A stretch of DNA of 61,854 nucleotides, filler included, from Sphacelaria rigidula (lineage: Eukaryota), in the NCBI GenBank assembly GCA_964200075.2. It is 6 parts of 6 records of this genome, joined end to end, with 100 filler letters (N's around TTAATTAATTAA, not from the genome) between each part and the next. Parts side by side here need not be neighbours in the genome. Positions count along the whole stretch, not along the records: positions 20,653 to 30,878 come from CAXNAA020006895.1; positions 30,979 to 41,204 come from CAXNAA020006896.1; 4 more parts are not named here. The stretch is one strand, 5' to 3'. The notes under the pieces are model-generated. The model was not told where the DNA came from. It searched no databases and saw only the letters and a list, made by a program, of their open reading frames with translations. This document shows, one piece after another, positions 24,881 through 37,255 of the stretch. The position numbers and the translations under genes are program-made. Numbering within the stretch: position 1 is the first letter of the stretch; each line of letters begins with the position of its first letter.

Positions 24881-25445
24881 ACAGCCCGTGTTCTCTGTTC
24901 GATCCTCGAGGCGTGTTTTCCGAGCCTTGACCTGTTGCCATCGTGTTTGACTGCCCTTGTGCGGTGCAACCGATGACGCCTCGCGATTGCATGTTGTCGT
25001 CCACACTAGCCGATACCGGATGGCCACAGTAGTGTTCGATCGTAGAAGTTGTGTGTACGCGTCACATGATGGTGCTTTCATTTCTCTTGAAGCTGCGCCA
25101 TGAGCGATACAGTGTGCGATGTGTGATGTCCCGAACGACGCTCAAACACCGAGAACAAAATGCACAACAGTACCGTGGAACGCCGCGCTATGTACGCAGC
25201 CGACCAAACGCCTTCGGACGAGACAGCACAGAGTGATGCAAGCAGCAGATCGATGTCGACGTGCCAACGGTATTATCAGCAAAAGCGGCGTCATTCACAT
25301 CGACATACTTCGTTCCCGTCCCGTGACCCTTGTCCAAGCAGAACGACTTATGCCGGGTGAAGGAAGGAGAAGCCCCCCGTGCTGCCACCGCTGTTGCTAA
25401 TACTGGTGGTCCCGGTACTGCGGTCCATTCCTCTAGATTCGACAG

Positions 25446-25698
25446 AACCAACAGACTTCAGAAGGGGGCGCCCCAAGACTCGTCTGTGGACCGCGAGGTA
25501 CAGCGGTCCCTAAATTGCCCCATGAACCTTACGATTCCACCTGCCAGCAGCCTGAAGAAGGCGGGGTCGGCACCCCCCATGGCGTCAATGGCCATGGACT
25601 GGCTTGACCGCCAGCACCCCCACGACGTTGAGGAGCTCGGGCACGGGCAGTTTGGTGAGGTGGTGAAGGCTGGGCCCTACGCCATCAAGATCGTGAAG
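25446..25698 (+). CDS. Protein kinase exon, subdomains I-II
   Basis: EELGHGQFGEVVKAGPYAIKIVK (GxGxFG, AxK). The 5' boundary is uncertain. Probable AAG|GCGAGT donor. Confidence 0.75.
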
Positions 25699-25852
25699 GC
25701 GAGTTCATGTTGTATCGGCTTGTGCATGTGCAACGAACCGGGTATGCACTGTTTATGTTGTGTTCCGTTCGAGGCACTCGACTTGACAACTTTGGAAAAC
25801 CTGGGTGACGGGAATAAAGAATTGGAGTACCCCTTGGTTAAACGAGTGTATA

Positions 25853-26718
25853 CTTCCTCTGTCTCATAAGTCTGGGAACTTATGTTGGGAGAGACCGTCA
25901 ACGGTCTCGGAAGTCTTCGGCGATAAATTTTTCGGAATCTTGAGCGTTTTTTGGGTTGAAACACTTTTTTTTTTCTTGCGCACTACCCTGCATGGGCTAG
26001 CGGCTAACAAAAAAGTATTCGGGCCGAAAATGGCCGTATTTTGACCACTTTCCGTTGGGGGCACTATCAAAAAACAACACTGAAAACCCCCAAGCATTAT
26101 CCCCAACCCTAAACCTAACCCCCCCTCTACTCAACGATCCATGTCGCATCCCTATACTAAAAACAGTATAATAGTGACACCACACAAAAAACAATACACT
26201 AGGGGGTTCCACACTAAAACCAAGACACTTGCGGGGCAAAGCAAACACCAGTAGGGCCCTATCCCAACCCCCACGTATCCATGTCGCTTCCCCCTGTACT
26301 AAAACCAGTATAATATTGAAACCACACTAAAACCAAGACACTTGCGGGGCAAAGCAAACACCAGTAGGGCCCTATCCCAACCCCCACGTATCCATGTCGC
26401 TTCCCCCTATACTAAAACCAGTATAATATTGAAACCACACTAAAACCAATACACTTGGGGGAGCCACACTAAAACCAAAACACTTGCGGGGTAAAAAAAA
26501 GTGTCGGTTAGTGTTCTCAAGAATATTATCAAAAAAAGGGCCAAAATGGGGATATTTTGACTTCATTTTAGTATGGACAACTAACTTTTTTTTTTCTTTG
26601 CATCAGCTTCGTTGGCGCTTCATCTTTCCAATGAACCCAACCAAAGAATGATCGGAATAGTGTGCATACGCGAACAATTAAAAGTCCATAAGTTCCCAGA
26701 CTTGTGAGACAGAGGAAG
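25853..26718. mobile_element. Stowaway-like (mariner) MITE with TA TSD
   Basis: TA|CTTCCTCTGTCTCATAAGTCTGGGAACTTATG ... CATAAGTTCCCAGACTTGTGAGACAGAGGAAG|TA. 32-bp TIR with 1 mismatch. Confidence 0.8.
26210..26455. repeat. 113-bp tandem duplication inside the MITE
   Basis: CACACTAAAACCAA at 26210, 26323 and 26436. The two full units are nearly identical. Confidence 0.9.
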
Positions 26719-26773
26719 TATACTTGTACTACGGTCATATTCTGTGTCCCTTTGTGTACGTCGAACCACCTTA

Positions 26774-26926
26774 TCATTGCACGCGCACAAGGCGATACAA
26801 CACAGACTCGCGTATACAATCTTCACTGCGTAAGATCCAACCGTGAGGACTTCGCCAAACTGTTCTTTACCGAGCTTCGACGGCCCCGGGGCGTTGCTTC
26901 GCCAGCCAGTCCATGCCCATTGCCGC
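26774..26926 (-). pseudogene. Inverted, diverged copy of kinase exon I-II plus intron start
   Basis: The minus strand reads MGMDWL..(frameshift)..LGKEQFGEVLTVGSYAVKIV, then GCGAGT..TGTTGTATCG like 25699-25735. Confidence 0.8.
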
Positions 26927-27373
26927 GTTCGTGACAATGTTTTGTAACACAGCATGTCTAATCCAACACAAAATAAGAAGTGGTTTCTTTACACACAGAG
27001 CCCCGCGCTTTCCAGTAGTTGAGAAGTACGGTGAAACGGCCGAAGAGATGCGGAAAGCAAAAATCCTGCTCCGTACAACACAGAAACAGCGACGAGAATC
27101 GTTGGATCAAGTTCGCATCGTACAGATCATACGGTCTTCGTATTACCGTCCCTTCAAGCCGCACACCATGCACCAACAATCTGAAGAGCAAAAGCTTTCT
27201 ACAGCCCTCACAAAAAAGGGCAATGTGTGAGAGAGGCCACTCGCCCCTCGTGGGAATACCTGATCTACCAAGAGATGCTCGTAACGTCTTGACGAATCCA
27301 CGAAGCGGACCAGACCCACGATGCTTGGCCGTCCCCCCAACTTGCCCGACACGTGCCGCGCTGCTGTCTTTAG

Positions 27374-27423
27374 GCTGGAGGAGACAAGGAGACCCAGCTC
27401 AAGGAGATGGCCGCGTACCACTG
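27374..27423 (+). CDS. Kinase exon, subdomain III (alphaC Glu)
   Basis: TCTTTAG acceptor and GTGAGA donor. Phase-0 start gives AGGDKETQLKEMAAYH. Confidence 0.55.
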
Positions 27424-27572
27424 GTGAGAAACATTGCAGAACAGAACCATGCAATCATGGCTGAATATGCTGTACCGCACCGTGCTGGAGCTCCAAAACG
27501 CGGGCTTAGTTTACACACACTGGGGTGATGTGCGCACGAAGAAGTGCGTGCATCGGCATTTTTCTTTCTCAG

Positions 27573-27619
27573 GCGCGCAACGTACTTGACACACGGAGCT
27601 TACATGAGTGGATCAGGCA
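27573..27619 (+). CDS. Kinase short exon leading into subdomain VIa
   Basis: TTTCTTTCTCAG acceptor and GTGCGC donor. ARNVLDTRSLHEWIRQ joins in phase 2 to YCRDAADG. Confidence 0.5.
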
Positions 27620-28588
27620 GTGCGCTTCGATTTTTGCTTTGCCGTGTGTGTTTGATACGAGTTGTTCATGTTGCTATGCTTGTCCCGCTTGGGTGTTGGA
27701 AATGTCTAAGCTTTGGCGATGTCAATTCAGAATACATGGTTCCATCGGAGTCTGTTTCGTTGAATTCTTTGTCCTTTGTCTCGACTGCAGTTTCCAGTGA
27801 AAAAAAATGCATTTTGGCTTTCCTGTACACAACTGATTTGTTCCTGCTACAGTCGACTGCGTGCAGAATACCGACAGAGGGAAGGGTGTCTGCCTGCGAC
27901 GGACCAACCCTGCACCAGTAACAAATGACGACTGAGTAGTGCGCTTGTCGTATACCAGACCAGGACACATGATCTACGAGGTCATTCTGTCTTGTCGAAT
28001 CTTGTACGAATAGCTAGGGCTTTTATAGAGAGGATTGCCTGGTCCAGCAGAATCATCAGACCGTGTGCCGGCCCTGCGCTTTGTCACTGCTTTCCCCTGT
28101 GTCATGATCCAGGGCTGAGAAGCAGGCGCATGTGATAGAAGCCGTAGGGATGGACCCGACCCGCAGAGACATGCCTCTGGTGATGAAGAGGGCCCGGACC
28201 GACCTCGGCAGGCTGGTGAATGACGCACCAGCCTCAAGTTTGATGACGTGAGTCTAAGCGAGCTACGGGCATCGCGATGTTCGTGCTCGTCTGGTCGGTG
28301 AACAAGTACCTGTGGGTTGCATGTTTTCTTTGCTGGATGGTGATATCGTCGAGAGACCTGTGGTCTGTCTAGTCAGGGTAGTGCTTGGTCCCATCGTCAT
28401 GAACCAAACGCTGCAGCAATGGGCGCGAGTGGTTTGGTGATTTCAGCTCGTGCTTTCCGCCCGGACCGTCTGTGGTGGCCCTCATTGAACAGTGACCGAA
28501 TACTGCGTGTGTCGTAGTGCTGACACAGGCGTGGTACCGCTCTGGCGTGTCGGTGACATGTATCGTGTATCGTGTATCGTGCAAGCAG

Positions 28589-28734
28589 ATACTGCCGCGA
28601 TGCCGCCGATGGCATCCGCAACCTACACGTCGTGGGTCTCTCCCACAATGACGTGAAGGCGGCGAATGTGTTTCTGATGGACACCCCCGGCGGGGAACTG
28701 GAGGGCGTGATGGGAGACCTTGGCTTCGCTTCCG
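28589..28734 (+). CDS. Kinase exon, subdomains VIa-VII
   Basis: YCRDAADGIRNLHVVGLSHNDVKAANVFL..GVMGDLGFAS. CAG acceptor and GTGAGA donor. Confidence 0.85.
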
Positions 28735-29007
28735 GTGAGAGACAACCCAGCATTCCTGAATATGCAATGGATGATTTCATCTCTTGTAGAAACACTGTGC
28801 CGTGGACACACTCGAGGTGAAGTGGATCGAGCATGAACATACATCGAATACATTGGTTCGCCACAATATCAGATATCGACACATTAATCAGTCACGAAAT
28901 ATCGTGTATCGTTCAACGCATCGACGATATTTGCCAGGAACGACAGATACAGCGATGTGGTTTGGATATATCGATATCCGGCCAATAGATTTGGCTCAGA
29001 TATTGAT

Positions 29008-29083
29008 GCGCCCAGGTAGTCTAGCTGAGACAACTGAAAATTACTTAGGTGGGAGGTATCGAGGATTCGAGTCCCAGCCGGTG
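29008..29083 (+). mobile_element. tRNA-derived SINE head or tRNA pseudogene
   Basis: A-box-like TAGTCTAGCTG, B-box GGATTCGAGTCCC and GCGCC/GGTGC ends. No intact cloverleaf. Confidence 0.4.
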
Positions 29084-29680
29084 CGTTTGTTCCCTCTGAC
29101 GAGTATCTGACTTCCATTGTAAAAGACTTGAGGACATGGGAAGAATAAACAACGTGACAAGATATGACGCGATGCTGTATTGCTGATCCAGTCTGCGATA
29201 CTGTGCCGAAATGTACGCCGTGTACCGGGGGCGGTATGGGTGGATTCCTCTGGACCACGAACTCACCTCCAGCAAGGAGCAGGGGTTGGAAGTATGGTGG
29301 ATCTTAGACACGAAATGGACATATCGTGACGATATGATACATGGTAACTCATGGAGAGGATGACGAGGGTTGAAAGTTTGGCGGAAAACAAATACGCACT
29401 CTACTGGCTACTGGGGACGGCGTACTCCCACTTGCCGTGCCATCATGGTTGCTGCAGTTACTGCTACACCTGTACAACGGTCACTTTCATATCGACATGA
29501 CATGTATCGAGTGGTATATCGATATTTGTATATTCAGATCGATTCTGGAGCGTGATATGCAGCCCTGGAAGGGCCCGTAACAGCGCGCACCCGCTTTGCC
29601 CGTGTCATATTCCAGTCATGTTCATATCGGTGTATCATACATCGAGTGATTCACGAAATATGATGATATATCGGGTGACA

Positions 29681-30248
29681 TCCTGATACCGTGGTGTATC
29701 GAGTGATTCACGACATGAACGGATCTATCAGGTGATAGCCTGATGCATATCGGTAGAGGACACCAGGCCGATTCTGGAGCCTGATGGACATCCCGAAGAT
29801 ATGCGGTACAAAACGGATCGTTGCTCAGCACCAAATCGCTGTTCTGGACACTTCGGTTTCCCCCGTATATTCTAGTACCGTTGGCCTAACACTCGGCCGC
29901 TACCACAGAATACGTTATTGATCAGCTCACCAATCTTTGGTCAATCTGCTGCTGACTGCTATGCACTATTCCCATGGCACATGCACACGCAGGGATCGGT
30001 CGGGTGCTGCATGCTGTATTTTGTTGTGGCGGCCGAGTGTCAGCCCAACGGTGCTGGAATCACGGGGGAAAGCCCAAGCGTCCGTAACAGCAATTCGATG
30101 TTGAGCATCGATCCGTTCTGTCCCGCATATCTTGGAGATGTCCATCAGGATCCATAATCGGCCTGATGTCCCATGTAGATATACACCAAGACATCACCTG
30201 CTAGATCTTTACATCTCGTGAATCACTCGATACATCAGGGTATCAGAA
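29681..30248. mobile_element. Foldback element, ~233-bp arms and 102-bp loop, in a kinase intron
   Basis: 29681-29913 is the reverse complement of 30016-30248 (e.g. ACACTCGGCCGC / GCGGCCGAGTGT and GAGTGATTCACGA / TCGTGAATCACTC). Confidence 0.85.
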
Positions 30249-30370
30249 TATGATATGATGCCATGTAGGGTCTCTACGGACACCGCGTGATGCTTACACT
30301 CGTTGCAGTATCCCAAGTTCGGTCTGCTGCTAACTACTATGCAACGCTCCCATGCCACATGCATACACAG

Positions 30371-30537
30371 GGATCGGCGAGGTGGTGAAGGCCGGCATGG
30401 GGTCACCGGGCTCGCTTGCGCCCGAGTACATGTATGACTCCATCCCGGCACACCCTGCACGGGACAGCTTCGCGTTTGGAGTGATGCTGGCAGAGGTCTT
30501 CCTTCGCGCTCCTTTCAATCGTCTCTTTGCGAACAGG
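30371..30537 (+). CDS. Kinase exon, subdomains VIII-IX
   Basis: GMGSPGSLAPEYMY..ARDSFAFGVMLAEVF. CTAAC branch point, CAG acceptor and GTAAGC donor. Phase 1 matches the previous exon. Confidence 0.85.
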
Positions 30538-30878
30538 GTAAGCGATGACAGTTTTGCGGTGTATTCGTCTTGTGCTCTGTAGCTCTGAAATGAAGCTCGA
30601 GCAGACGGGGCATTCGGCAAATTAACCGTGCAGGAAGGACGACCGTCGGGGAATGCACATGCACGGACACCCCTAGGAACACAAACGTACCTGCAACGTT
30701 TCCGAAAAAAACAAAACTGATCCTTTTACGAAGGGATAGCGAACAACATCCCTCACGGGAGCATGTGCTGAGAAAGATGTCGATGACCCGTTCGATAGAG
30801 TAGGGTTCTGCAAGTACCCCCCGGGGTTCGACGTACTCAGTACTGTATGGTATCCGGGGTACCCACCCACCAAAAGAA

Positions 30879-30978
30879 NNNNNNNNNNNNNNNNNNNNNN
30901 NNNNNNNNNNNNNNNNNNNNNNTTAATTAATTAANNNNNNNNNNNNNNNNNNNNNNNNNNNNNNNNNNNNNNNNNNNN
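30879..30978. other. Artificial contig spacer
   Basis: N44-TTAATTAATTAA-N44. Confidence 0.98.
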
Positions 30979-33900
30979 AGTTGCTTTATTCTGTGGTATC
31001 GCCACTTCCAGAGACAGCCACGGCTTTTACACTGCCTCATGGGTGTCTAGCCGGGTGTGTGGGGGGGGGGGGCGAGAAAGGAGTACTGGTCTGGAAAAAG
31101 CATACCTCTTCTATTGCGACGACTTTTTCCTACTGACCGGTCGGGTGTATCCATCTACATGTTGAGTTGCCATAATTTTTTGCAGTCGAGAGAAAGTGAA
31201 CGCCAGACTCAGGTGTTCACTGCGGTAGCTGAAAGGAATAGATAGGGTGCATAATGCCGCCGCGCGCCAGAGGTCAATCCGACGACTGGAACACCGTCAT
31301 CAGCCAGTTTGAGCAGAGTAGGGTCATAGAACACCGGCAGTAATGGCGATGTCGTCTATACTGTTTTCTTCGTGGAAAACCGCGAGAACGTGATGCGCTG
31401 GAAAAAAACCCCGTTGACTACAAAAGTCGACGGGCTGCGCGAGGAGTTCTGATCCGCAGCTCGATCACAGTAAAGTGCAAGCCAAGTACAGCGGGGGAGG
31501 TTGATGTGAAAAATGTTTTATTGAGATTGAGAGTTCAGCGTTGATCGAGAGTGAGTTCTTTGTGTGCTCTTCGCTGCTTGTCACACTATCGTGTGCTTAC
31601 AGCTACACGTCGACGGCAAGCTACCACAGAAAGTGCATCGGGCCTCGTGGAGGGGCATTTCGGAACTGAGACATTTTACTCATGAATTGACAGCTTCTCA
31701 CTCTAAATCGTATCCTGGACTCATAATCTCACGTTGACATCGCTTGTGGTCGATCCGTGAAGCAGGGATCGAGATCGACTCGTCGTGCATGCCTTGAGAC
31801 TACGGAGTTGACACTATTTTGAGACTACTACGGACTTGACATTATGGACTCCGTCCCGAGAAACGAGGGGAAGGGAGGGTTAAAATCATTATTAGAACAC
31901 ATGCATGCATTATTAAAATATCATGGGTATCACAGGGTATCATCATTTTTGTCAGCTAGGCTTCTATATTTCCCGGAACGACACGTGCGGTATCTACCCC
32001 ACCCAGCAGTCATGCACGGTATGGCTACTTTTCTCAGCCATCCCGCGTGAGGTTTGGTCATGAAGCGGGGGAAGCCAATGTCTCTACCGAATTATTGCCC
32101 GAATTTAATCACCCCTAATCATCGCACGACTACTATGAGACGTTGCTTGATCACCTTCAACGAATAAAGTGGATGTAGATGTCAGATGTTGATGTATGAG
32201 TTATTGAAAATTCACTTTTGGCGGTATATATTATCTATGTACAACGTGCAATATTCTCTTTTTCATCATTGCCATACATACATCAATGTGCATGGAGAAC
32301 CGGAGCGGAGTGAGTGCTGCCGGGCATCGTGAAATAAAAAATATTTTAATCAGATACGAGTAATGGAAATGCATTATTACCAAGTCATTACCGTATTGTT
32401 CACATCGTTATTGTTTATTCGGTACTAATGTGAAAAATGATAATAAAAAAAAGTGAAGCGAACAACGATGGTAAGTCAACTGCGACTCTTATTTTTTCAT
32501 GTAATTTCAGATGGTTCAACAGAATGGTACAACATCGTGTGTTGATCAAATGATGACAGGGTTTTATCACCACTCTTCCTGTATTATATGCGATATCGGC
32601 TCGTCCATCTGCCATCATCGATCTCGCTTTCTGTAGTTGACTACAATACTACAGTACTCCAGGATAATACTGACCACCCACCATCATCATCCGTATCATC
32701 GTGATTATTTACTCTTGCAAACCACTACTCGTCCAGTAGTCAGAACAAGCGCGAAAAAATCAAGTGCCGATCTCCGGGCCGTCCTTTTTGGTCGATATCT
32801 ATCTCCATCCAAACTCCATAAGATAATCGTGCGTGGATTCATCAATGGAGATTGATATCATGTTTTGGATTCCGCACCTCCGTGTCATTGGATTCCACAT
32901 GAACGTCGTTACAGTACTGTCCTCTGCATCACTAGATCACAATTATTCGGGTGTCGCGACAGAAAAGCATTATCGTTACAGGCGAGCGCGTTTTGTCCTC
33001 GTGAGTTTGCCCACGATGATGCTGCATCCTGATGCCGCTGCTGGCGTCCGTCAGGTGATGTATGATGCATGCCTCGGTTCGTTGCAGGCAGGATCATTGA
33101 CATATCTCGGGTTGTTGCTCCTCCCCTCACGCCCGCTGTGATAAAGAGGCGAAAAAATCATTTGCATCTTCGCATCAAAAATCATTTGCTCACTTGTGCT
33201 CACTTGGGTGCTACGAATAGACAGCGCAAACCCAGCACCAGACAGCGCTGCATCTCAAGACTGAAACACAAGCACATCATTACTATGGCCCCAGGCGAAC
33301 AGGTGAGATCGCCAGGCGCGCGCGGGGGAGGGAGAGCGCAGGGGAGTGGGGCAGGGGTTGGATTAGTTGTCGATCTACCCTGAGGGTCTGTCTCCGTGCT
33401 AACCTTGTATCCATACATGATTGTCGAGTTGTGGCTTGTTTTGGCGGAGTTTCATGGTCTCAATTTCAGTGGGCTGTGACAGTACTGCACCACTGTCCAG
33501 GAGCCTCAGGTGTATACAGTCATAACCCCCTCCGGTACACGCCCGCGCACTCATACACCACCGAGAGAAACTTACAAACCCTCCACACAAACCCTACTTC
33601 ACTGTCATGCGGTGCTAAGGTGAGGTTATACTGGCGTTTCGTTGGCCCACGAGCGGAGTTGTCGTTGTCGTCGCTGTCGTCGTTTGCTTTTATGTTGTCG
33701 CTGCTGTTGTTGTTGTTGTTGGGTTGTGTGTAGGTTTCGCTGTTTTTCTAAAAGGCCTGCGACGAGACGTTGAGAAGTGGATTGGAAATGTGATGTCGAC
33801 TGAAGATACTGAACGTGGCGGATGTAATTCTGTGAGGACTAACGCGTCCGCCCCCACCGAGCCTAGGGGTGTCGCCATTCATTGCAGAGAAGAGGGGCAT

Positions 33901-36900
33901 AATGGGCATCGCGAAAAGACATGTGCGCATCGAGGACGGTTTGAAGGAATATAAACACTAGGGGAACATTAATTATGGGGGTACAGATTAGCCAATCCAG
34001 CAAGCCTGTTCTTCTGCACGCCGTTTTTTGTTTGTCCTCCTATTCATGTCTATTCGCACCATGCGCATGCATGACCGACATCACACCAGTCCCCCCCCCA
34101 TACACCGTCAGCATCGAAATACATGTCATGTATACAGGTTGAGGAGTGCGTCGCCTACTATTCATCCATCACACTTTGCTGTGATATACTGCACTGTACC
34201 GCACCGTACCGTCTGTACTCTTCGCACCTCGCACGCCATCGCAAGCTAAGACCTACTTTTTTTGTTTTGTTTAATAATCAATCAATCTGAGAGGAAAACG
34301 GGCCTGTGGCGAGTTACTCCAATCTTCACACAGGGGTTCGCGGGGGAGGGGAGGGGGGGGTGGAGGGGAGGGGGGAAAAGGCATCTTCTGAACTACGCAT
34401 ATTTGTTTGCGTTCTGGGTATACGACACATTATATTTTTGATTTTACTCGTGTTGTTTGACAGTCCGCGTGTCCACTTGCGCACGAAAATTGCCGTTCAA
34501 GCAGAACACCAGTGAACAGTACAAATATTATCGTAGTTCAGTATGACCACCATGCTGTGACGTGTTCTGTTGTCTGGTGTGCCGGTCTGTCCCAATGCCA
34601 TCATGTTTTCCCACGTTTTATGACCCCAGGCCAGAAACCGATTGAGAGGCGTTGTGAACAGCATAGCTCAAGTGGAAGAAGGTGCTTGCGAATTGGAAAG
34701 TGACGACGTGATGCAGGTGGGAGGACACATGATATGTAGCAAATTGCACAGAACAGCGTATGACACGATGATTCCGATCCTTCTTTTGCGGCGTGGGTCA
34801 CAAGTATTACTCTCTTTCCTGCATCCACCCCCCGAAAGAAAATGCCCCACGACGTGCTGATATTCTTTCCATTTTGATTCATTATTTTTTATTTGCTTCT
34901 GTTTCTTGCTGGGATTTCTGCTTGCTATTCTGTTTGATCCTTCGCTCTTTCATGGCTCGACGTGGTTTGCCGTGTTGTCGGAGGTAGTAATGGTGTGTTA
35001 TCGTGTCGTATGTAGGGTGTGTGAAGGAGCGCGATGGAGCGTGTCATCGCCACGCATGGACGTGTGGTCTGACCAATACATCCATCGCTGCGTATCAGTG
35101 TTGCAGTTATTTGTTACCACACAACCATCGTGTGGGCAGGCTTGTCACTATTGTACATGGTGTATCCGCGATTCTTCAGCAGGGCCTGTAATGTTCTGCC
35201 ATACACTGGTCTTCGTGCAGGAGTTTTACTAGGTTATGATTCAAGGTGTACTTTTTAACTTTGCCTGGGCGCAAAGACGAGTTGATCACTTTCTCCATCA
35301 TTATGTAGTAGTGGCGCCCTTCCAGACATGGCGGGGGCTGTCAACCGCGTTTTTTGTGTTGTTCTTCGTACGGACGGCTAACGCAGTCTCTTCGCCTTGA
35401 GGTTGGGGTGTGGGTATCATCTGTGCGAGAAGCCATTTCTCGGTAGTGGCTGGAAGAATTATGTCAATGCACGAGCTCGACTGTGGAAAGATCCGGATGT
35501 AAACGAGCTCGTCGGGGAAAAGGAATATCGCTCTCAATACTCACCGCTCCCTCCATCTTCGGGGTTCATGGCGTAGCACACGTTAACGCGCGACAATCGA
35601 TCAATCAGTCAAATCAATCAACATGAAGCACGCGGCTTCACTATAGTACAGTAGTCGTTTGCTGGCTGTGCAGTAGTGGTACAGTAGCGGCCCGCCCACA
35701 GAAAGCGGGTTGTGAGAGAAATTAGGCTAAGATTTCCAGTCATGGAGGGTGAGGAGACGAGCGCTAGACAGTCCAGTGCAGTAGACCTTTGCATCAGATA
35801 GGAAACTTGGGCTGAGCCTGAGTTTCATCTTCTGTGAGTGAGACGCTACCGTGCTGTGCATTTGCTGTTTCGTACCGTTCTGCAATGTCTGCTGTCGCTT
35901 CCGCACACACGAAACACGCGAAACAGCATGAACCCAAGCTCCTGATGCATCGTAATGATGATTGCAGACAGCGTACCCACCGTGGTATTCAGTCGTGGTC
36001 GTTGTTCATCCGTGATTTACTGCATCGCCTGCCCTGTTTACAGGCCTAGCTCCAGTTAGTTGGTGGTAAAAAATGCATACAGGTGAGCCAAAACGAAAGC
36101 AAGCTACCACAAAAGCGGTCCCCAGCCCCATCCCTCCCGTCGCTTCTGAAGAGACTTCTAGCTGCGTCGAGATGATGGATTTTTGGACGGCAAGGAGGAG
36201 TAACGTCACGATTTTCGCGCTGCCTATCTACAGCATGGCACAAGCTTTCACTTCATCCTGGCGGAAATGCGGTCAATTTACGAATCTGGATCTCCCTTCC
36301 AAAGTATCGATATTGGTATCACCAACAGCTGAAAAATGCGCAGCAACATTTTTCACCACTATCCTTTGCACTAGCATCGCACACAAGCCTTTCCGCACCA
36401 GCAAACCGTCTTTATTGTTTCTGGAGGTTTGCGCGATTTCTCGAAGCCGTGGTCACAGCCGTGGGCTAGTCTTCGCATTAGTACTTGGGACAGCGAAGAC
36501 TCATAGCCGATTTCACGCATTCACTATGTTTTGAGCAGGTCAGGTTTCTCGCCGAGCAGTTTCGGCAGTCGGGGCATACACGAACCATTGGCGATTTTGA
36601 CCGTGAAACTCCGATAAACCCTGACAACCCCACACGCTACGCCCTCAAGCCCTTTCTCGATATCCAACAATAGTGTTGCATTGCACTGACTGTGCTATGC
36701 TGTGACCCCTTACTACAGGTGTAGCCCTATACACCTACCAAGTATCCGTACAAGAGGAGACATACCTCATGTTACACTAGTAGGAAACCATACGGATGGG
36801 CAGAGACTGCCCGCACTAAAAGCAACACTTACAAATCCGGGTACGTTACTTTCTTTGTCCGCAAGAAAGGTACATAACTGGATGCGATGTAAACATCGAT

Positions 36901-37255
36901 ACTTGCATGTGGATCCTCCTGCTGTATATTGTTGTAGTGTAGTGTGGTGCACTGTTGCGTAGTATACTTTCACGAGGCTCTGCCATTCGACGGATTTCCC
37001 AAGCACCGATACAATCAGCGGTTCATTCGCTGTCGACTAGTTTGCGCAGAGGTGTGAGACTTGTCCGTGCGCATGCACTTGGCTACGGAGGAGGTTCAAG
37101 GTGCGGTTGATCGGAATTTACACCTGTGGCAAGGCCCTCCTCCTCATTATTTCAACCGAAGCATATGTTTAATAAGATCCAAAGATTTCCCCGATGAATT
37201 AATCGATTGATCGATTATTTATCTCACATAATATAATAATAATAATTAGCTGATT

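Noticed and set aside
31060..31840. Gypsy integrase/chromodomain tail plus PPT and LTR
   Set aside because: Only a purine tract and vague peptides, too degenerate to call.
32980..35570. Scattered mini-exon candidates (32981, 33285, 34661 plus; 35568 minus)
   Set aside because: Splice signals are present, but I could not build a consistent reading frame or recognise a product.
36100..36540. Decayed LINE RT on the minus strand (YQYRYFG)
   Set aside because: The core QG..LSP and YADD motifs are not convincingly present.
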